DNA of 64,000 nt, from assembly GCA_965248835.1 (NCBI GenBank), contig CBDFLJ010000002.1, forward strand, positions 352,001 to 416,000, given 5' to 3'. The translations under genes and the position numbers were made by a program. Position 1 is the first letter of the stretch; each line of letters opens with the position of its first letter. This DNA is from Alphaproteobacteria bacterium. GTDB taxonomy: Bacteria > Pseudomonadota > Alphaproteobacteria > MPNO01. Shown here piece by piece: positions 59,190 to 64,000 of the stretch. The notes under the pieces were generated by a model. The model ran no database searches, had not been told where the DNA came from, and worked only from the letters and a program-made list of their open reading frames with translations.

Positions 59190-59957
59190 TCAAGGGTTGA
59201 CCGAAAAGTCGACCGCGCCGATCCGCTGGACGGTATTGCGCACGTGGTCGCCGACGCTGAGCGCTTCGGCAGCCGTCGCCCCGCCGGCCATGACGATCCA
59301 GCCGGCCTCCAGCGGCTCGCCGGCCGCGGTCGAAAGCCGGGCGGCCGAGACCAGCGAGCGGATCGGGTTGCCCAGGATCGCCGCCGAAGACCCGATCTGG
59401 CGCGGCCGCCCGTTGATTTCCAGGATCATGCCGAGATTCGTCAGGTCGTCGTCGGCGCTCTGCCACGCGCCGACGACGATGCCTGACGACGAGCAGTTGT
59501 CGGCAACCACGTCGGCCAGCGAGAACTTGAAGTTGCGGTAGCGGGAATCGATGATCTCGATCGCCGGCGCCACCGCCTCGACGGCGGCCATCGCCTCGGC
59601 TGCGGTGACCGGGGCGGTCAGGTTCCGCTTCAGGAGAAAGGCCACTTCCGGCTCGACCCTGGGGTGAACGTACGCGGCCATGGAGATCGCATCGCCGTCC
59701 TCGACGATCATCTGGTCGGTGAGCCGGCCCCAGATCATGTCGTCGATGCCCATCTGGACCATCTTGGCGCGGCTGGTGAAGCCCATCTTCACCCCGATCC
59801 GCTTCTCGCCGCGCGCCAGCCGGCGTGCGATCGAGGCGGCCTGGACTTCGTAGCCTTCCTCGGGCGTGATCGCGGTCTTCTCGGAGATCTGCGCGATGGC
59901 GCTGGCGGCCGCGGCCGCCTTGTCGAGGGATGCCGCAAGGGCTGCGATATCGGCCAT
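59190..59957 (-). CDS. dmpH: 4-oxalocrotonate decarboxylase
   Basis: GVKMGFTSRAKMVQMG, HPRVEPE and EIIDSRYRNFKFSL.DVVADN. Confidence 0.88.
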   Translation of the reverse strand: MADIAALAASLDKAAAAASAIAQISEKTAITPEEGYEVQAASIARRLARGEKRIGVKMGFTSRAKMVQMGIDDMIWGRLTDQMIVEDGDAISMAAYVHPRVEPEVAFLLKRNLTAPVTAAEAMAAVEAVAPAIEIIDSRYRNFKFSLADVVADNCSSSGIVVGAWQSADDDLTNLGMILEINGRPRQIGSSAAILGNPIRSLVSAARLSTAAGEPLEAGWIVMAGGATAAEALSVGDHVRNTVQRIGAVDFSVNP

Positions 59958-59960
59958 GGC

Positions 59961-61004
59961 TCAGGCCTCCTTGCCTTCCGTTTCGGCGCGCTTGACGAGG
60001 TCGAGCGCGACATCGACGATCATGTCTTCCTGGCCGCCGACCATCCGCCGCCGGCCGAGCTCGACCAGGATGTCGCGGGTGTCGATCCCGTAGGTCTCCG
60101 AGGCCGTCTCGGCATGGCGCAGGAAGCTCGAATACGATCCGGTGTAGCCGAGCGACAACGTCTCTCGGTCGACCCGGACCGGACGGTCCTGGAGCGGGCG
60201 GACCAGCTCCTCGGCCGCGTCCATCAATGCCCACAGGTCGCAGCCGTGGTTGAGCCCGGCCCGGTCGGCGACGGCGATGAACACTTCCAGCGGCGTGTTC
60301 CCGGCGCCGGCGCCCATGCCGGCGAGCGAGGCATCGACCCTGGTGACGCCGTGCTCGAGCGCGATGATCGTGTTGGCCACCCCCAGGCTGAGGTTGTGGT
60401 GGGCATGGATGCCGAGCTCGGTCCCGGGGTCGAGCCCGTCGCGGAAGGCGGCGAACCGGTCGGCGGTCTCGCCCATCAGGAGCGCGCCGCCGGAATCGGT
60501 CACATAGATGCAGTGGGCGCCGTAGGATTCCATCAGCTTGGCCTGGGCGAGAAGCGCATCGGCCGGGATCATGTGCGCCATCATCAGGAAGCCGGCGACG
60601 TCCATGCCGATCTCGCGGGCATACTCGATATGCTGCCTGGCGATGTCGGCTTCGGTGCAGTGGGTGGCGATGCGGACCGAGCGCGCGCCCGCGTCGTAGG
60701 CGTTCTTGAGATCGTGAACAGTGCCGATCCCGGGGATCAGCAGCGTCGTCAGCTTGGCGTGCTGCAAAACGCCCGCCGCAGCTTCGATATATTCGAGGTC
60801 GGTGTGCGCGGCGAAGCCGTAATTGAACGACATCCCCGCCAGCCCGTCGCCGTGGCAGACCTCGATCGCATCGACATGGGCGGCATCGAGCGCCTTGCAG
60901 ATCGCCACGACGTGGTCGAGCCCGTACTGGTGGCGGATCGCGTGCATGCCATCGCGCAGGGTGACGTCCTGAATGTAGATCTTCCTGGACTTGTCGAGGG
61001 CCAT
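59961..61004 (-). CDS. dmpG: 4-hydroxy-2-oxovalerate aldolase
   Basis: [28 protein letters not shown] and GGQEDMI. Confidence 0.95.
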   Translation of the reverse strand: MALDKSRKIYIQDVTLRDGMHAIRHQYGLDHVVAICKALDAAHVDAIEVCHGDGLAGMSFNYGFAAHTDLEYIEAAAGVLQHAKLTTLLIPGIGTVHDLKNAYDAGARSVRIATHCTEADIARQHIEYAREIGMDVAGFLMMAHMIPADALLAQAKLMESYGAHCIYVTDSGGALLMGETADRFAAFRDGLDPGTELGIHAHHNLSLGVANTIIALEHGVTRVDASLAGMGAGAGNTPLEVFIAVADRAGLNHGCDLWALMDAAEELVRPLQDRPVRVDRETLSLGYTGSYSSFLRHAETASETYGIDTRDILVELGRRRMVGGQEDMIVDVALDLVKRAETEGKEA

Positions 61005-61018
61005 CGTCGCGTCTCCCA

Positions 61019-61945
61019 TCAGCCCGTGGCGCTGCGCTCGACCAACCGTTCGGCGGTCTTGAGCGCGGCGGAGGTCATTATGTCGAGATTGCCGGCGTAG
61101 GTCGGCAAGTAGTGTCCGGCGCCCTCGACCTCCAGAAAGACCGAGGATTTGATGCCGGTGAATTCCCCCAGCCCCGGTATGCGCAACGGGTTGTTGGAGC
61201 CGAAGCGCTCGAACTGCACGTCCTGCTTGAGCCGGTAGCCGGGAACGTAGGACTGCACCTCGACGATCATCGATTCGACCGAGTCGGTGATCGCGCCGGT
61301 GTCGCCCTCATCGGACAGCGTGTAGATCGTATCGCGCATCAGCAGCGGCGGCTCGGCCGGGTTGAGCACGATGATCGCCTTGCCGCGCGCGGCACCGCCG
61401 ACGACCTCGATTCCCTTGGCGGTGGTCTCGGTGAACTCGTCGATATTGGCCCGCGTGCCGGGTCCCGCCGACCGGCTGGAGATCGAGGCCACGATCTCGG
61501 CGTAGTGCACCGTCGCGACCCTGTCCACCGCATGGACGATCGGGATCGTCGCCTGGCCGCCGCACGAGACCATGTTGATGTTCGGCACGCCCAGATGCTC
61601 GTCCATGTTGACCACCGGCACGACATAGGGGCCGATTGCCGCAGGCGTCAGGTCGATGATGGTCTTGCCGTGCGCCGCGCAAATTTCCGCGTTCCGCGCG
61701 TGCGCCTTGGCCGAGGTGGCATCGAACACGATGCCGATCCCCGCCCATTCGTCCATCGCCGCAAGGCCTTCAAGCCCCTCGTGGGTGGTCGCCACGCCGA
61801 GCTTGCGCGCACGCGCGAGCCCGTCGGAGTCGGGATCGATGCCCACCAGGGCGCCCATCTCCAGGGTCTCGGAGGTTTCGATGATCTTGATCATCAGGTC
61901 GGTGCCGATATTGCCCGAGCCGACGATCGCAACGCGCGTCTTCAT
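61019..61945 (-). CDS. dmpF: Acetaldehyde dehydrogenase (acylating)
   Basis: [27 protein letters not shown] and YAGNLDIMT. Confidence 0.95.
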   Translation of the reverse strand: MKTRVAIVGSGNIGTDLMIKIIETSETLEMGALVGIDPDSDGLARARKLGVATTHEGLEGLAAMDEWAGIGIVFDATSAKAHARNAEICAAHGKTIIDLTPAAIGPYVVPVVNMDEHLGVPNINMVSCGGQATIPIVHAVDRVATVHYAEIVASISSRSAGPGTRANIDEFTETTAKGIEVVGGAARGKAIIVLNPAEPPLLMRDTIYTLSDEGDTGAITDSVESMIVEVQSYVPGYRLKQDVQFERFGSNNPLRIPGLGEFTGIKSSVFLEVEGAGHYLPTYAGNLDIMTSAALKTAERLVERSATG

Positions 61946-61976
61946 GGTTGTGCCCCTGTCTCTGTCCCGCCGATCC

Positions 61977-62765
61977 TCAGGCCTCGAAGGCCGCGCGGAC
62001 CGAGCCGAGCCCCTCGATCCGCGCTTCCATCACGTCGCCCGGCGCGACCGGGGCCATCGGGCCGAGCGCTCCGGTCATGATCACCTCGCCCGCGTGCAGG
62101 GGGGTCCCCATCGCGACCATCTTGCGGGCGAGCCAGAGCGCGGCGTTCAAAGGGTTGCCCAGGCACGCGACGCCGGCGCCGATCGAGACCTGATCGCCCT
62201 TGTTCTCCATCACCATGCCGCACTCGCGCAGGTCGAGGTCCTCGATCAGGACCGGACGGGTGCCCAGCACGAACAACCCCGAGGACGCGTTGTCGGCGAT
62301 GGTATCGACGATCTTGATGTCCCACTTGGCGATGCGCGAGCCGACCACCTCGATCGCCGGCAGCGCATAGGCCACCGCATCGATCAGATCGATCGGCGTG
62401 AGCTGGTCGTCGTAGAGGTCGTATTCCAGGACCAGCGCGACCTCGGCCTCGCAGCGCGGCTGGAGGACCCGTCCGGCCGGGATCTCCTCGCCGTCGACCA
62501 GGCACATGTCGGCGAACAGCATGCCGTAGTCGGGCTGGTCGACGCCGAGCTGGGCCTGGACCGCCTTGGCGGTCAGCCCGATCTTGCGCCCGACCAGCCG
62601 GCGGCCCTGCTTTTCGATCCAGTGATCGGTGTTCAGCTTCTGGACCGCGTAGGCGGCCTCGACGTCGCCCTCGGGCAAGCTGTCGCGCACCGGCCTGATC
62701 GGCTTTCCCTTGGCGTATGCGCCGCGGATGCGGCTGGCCGCCCTCTTGATCGCGTCTTGGCTCAT
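61977..62765 (-). CDS. mhpD: 2-keto-4-pentenoate hydratase
   Basis: [30 protein letters not shown] and GALGPM. Confidence 0.92.
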   Translation of the reverse strand: MSQDAIKRAASRIRGAYAKGKPIRPVRDSLPEGDVEAAYAVQKLNTDHWIEKQGRRLVGRKIGLTAKAVQAQLGVDQPDYGMLFADMCLVDGEEIPAGRVLQPRCEAEVALVLEYDLYDDQLTPIDLIDAVAYALPAIEVVGSRIAKWDIKIVDTIADNASSGLFVLGTRPVLIEDLDLRECGMVMENKGDQVSIGAGVACLGNPLNAALWLARKMVAMGTPLHAGEVIMTGALGPMAPVAPGDVMEARIEGLGSVRAAFEA

Positions 62766-62780
62766 CGGCTGCGGGGTCCC

Positions 62781-64000
62781 TCAAAGCTTGATGCAGATGT
62801 TCTTCTGCTCGGAATAGAAGTTGAGTGCGTGCTGGCCGCCCTCGCGCCCGATGCCTGACAGCCCGATACCGCCGAACGGCGTGCGCAGGTCGCGCAGGAA
62901 CCAGCAATTGACCCAGTTTATGCCGGCTTCCATCGCCTGACTGACCCGATGGCCGCGCGACAGATCGGTGGTCCACACGACCGAGGCCAGCCCGTAGTCG
63001 GTGTCGTTGGCCATCGCGACCGCCTCGTCCTCCGAATCGAAAGGGGTTACATGGCAGACCGGCCCGAAAATCTCCTCCTTCTGGATCCGCGTGTCCTCGC
63101 CGAGGCCTGCGAAGATGGTCGGCTGGACGAAGGCGCCGTTGTCGCGGCTGTCGCCGAATTCGGGGATGCCGCCGCCGGTCACCACCTCGGCGCCGAGTTC
63201 GGCCGCAAGCCGGTAATAGGAGGTCACCTTGTCGCGGTGCTCGTGGGAGATCAGCGAGCCCATCTGGGTCGAGGCCTCCTCGGGCCGGCCGATGACCATC
63301 GCCTCAGCACGGCCCTTCAGCGCGTCCACGAAGCGCTGGTATATCGGGCGCTCCACATAGACCCGCTCGGAGCTCAGGCAGACCTGGCCGGTGTTGGCGA
63401 AGACCGATCGGGCTGTGCCCTCGATCGCGGCATCGAAGTCGGCATCGGCGAAGACGATCGCCGGGTTCTTGCCGCCGAGCTCGAAGGACAGCGCCTTGAT
63501 ATTGACCGAGGCGGCTTTCATGATCTCGCGCCCGGTTGCGGTCTCGCCGGTGAAGGTGATCGCATCGATCCCGGTGTGGTGGGTGATGAACTCGCCGGCC
63601 GAGCCGGGCCCGAAGCCGTGGACCACGTTGAACGCGCCGGCCGGTACGCCGGCCTCGTGCATCACCTCGGCCAGGAGCGTCGCCGTCGTCGGGGTCTCTT
63701 CGGACGGCTTGAGGATCACCGCATTGCCGCTCGCCATCGCCGGCGCGAGCTTCCAGGTGGACAGCAAGAGCGGCAGGTTCCAGGGCGAGATCACCCCGAC
63801 GACGCCATGCGGCTGGCGCACCGAATAGTTGACCGCCCCGCGCCCGTCGGGAGTCTCCTGCATATAGGCCTCGGTTCCGACCGACTTCACCAGGTCGGCG
63901 AAGACGCGGAAATTGGCCGCCCCGCGCGGGATGTCGAGGTGGCTCGCCAGCGACTTGGGCTTGCCGGTATCGGCGCATTCGGCATCGACGAACTCGTCGA
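62781..64000 (-). CDS. dmpC: 2-hydroxymuconic semialdehyde dehydrogenase (5' end lies beyond the window)
   Basis: DTGKP, DIPRGAANF, SPWNLP, ELGGKN, GQVCL, EEIFGP and WFLRDLRTPFGG. Confidence 0.92.
   Translation of the reverse strand, partial: DEFVDAECADTGKPKSLASHLDIPRGAANFRVFADLVKSVGTEAYMQETPDGRGAVNYSVRQPHGVVGVISPWNLPLLLSTWKLAPAMASGNAVILKPSEETPTTATLLAEVMHEAGVPAGAFNVVHGFGPGSAGEFITHHTGIDAITFTGETATGREIMKAASVNIKALSFELGGKNPAIVFADADFDAAIEGTARSVFANTGQVCLSSERVYVERPIYQRFVDALKGRAEAMVIGRPEEASTQMGSLISHEHRDKVTSYYRLAAELGAEVVTGGGIPEFGDSRDNGAFVQPTIFAGLGEDTRIQKEEIFGPVCHVTPFDSEDEAVAMANDTDYGLASVVWTTDLSRGHRVSQAMEAGINWVNCWFLRDLRTPFGGIGLSGIGREGGQHALNFYSEQKNICIKL

Overview
A GC-rich bacterial window, probably from an alphaproteobacterium (inferred from the ATP12-acyP-lipB-tRNA-Leu(GAG)-mgtE block and the TRAP transporters). 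It holds about 65 genes, most of them for catabolism of aromatic and heterocyclic compounds. The highlight is a locus at 39.9-47.3 kb. There a complete 4-hydroxybenzoyl-CoA reductase (hcrCAB) runs co-directionally with an alpha/beta hydrolase and a clear 4-chlorobenzoyl-CoA dehalogenase homolog (fcbB, catalytic His/Trp/Asp intact, but Gly114->Ser). On the divergent strand lie a MarR regulator, a FcbC-type thioesterase and a DMT exporter. This looks like an O2-independent para-substituted-benzoate funnel. Other notable items: two CADD/PqqC-like heme-oxygenase-like diiron proteins that lack the CADD sacrificial Tyr; an uncharacterised ferritin-like diiron protein divergent from a UbiD decarboxylase; an HpsN/HpsO-like HisD-paralog module; two orphan molybdenum hydroxylase large subunits; a split Rieske oxygenase next to gentisate-type and meta-cleavage genes; and a DctQ/DctM fusion scar from a deleted TRAP operon. 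No CRISPR, IS, integrase or rRNA was seen. All family assignments are by motif recognition from memory, not database searches.
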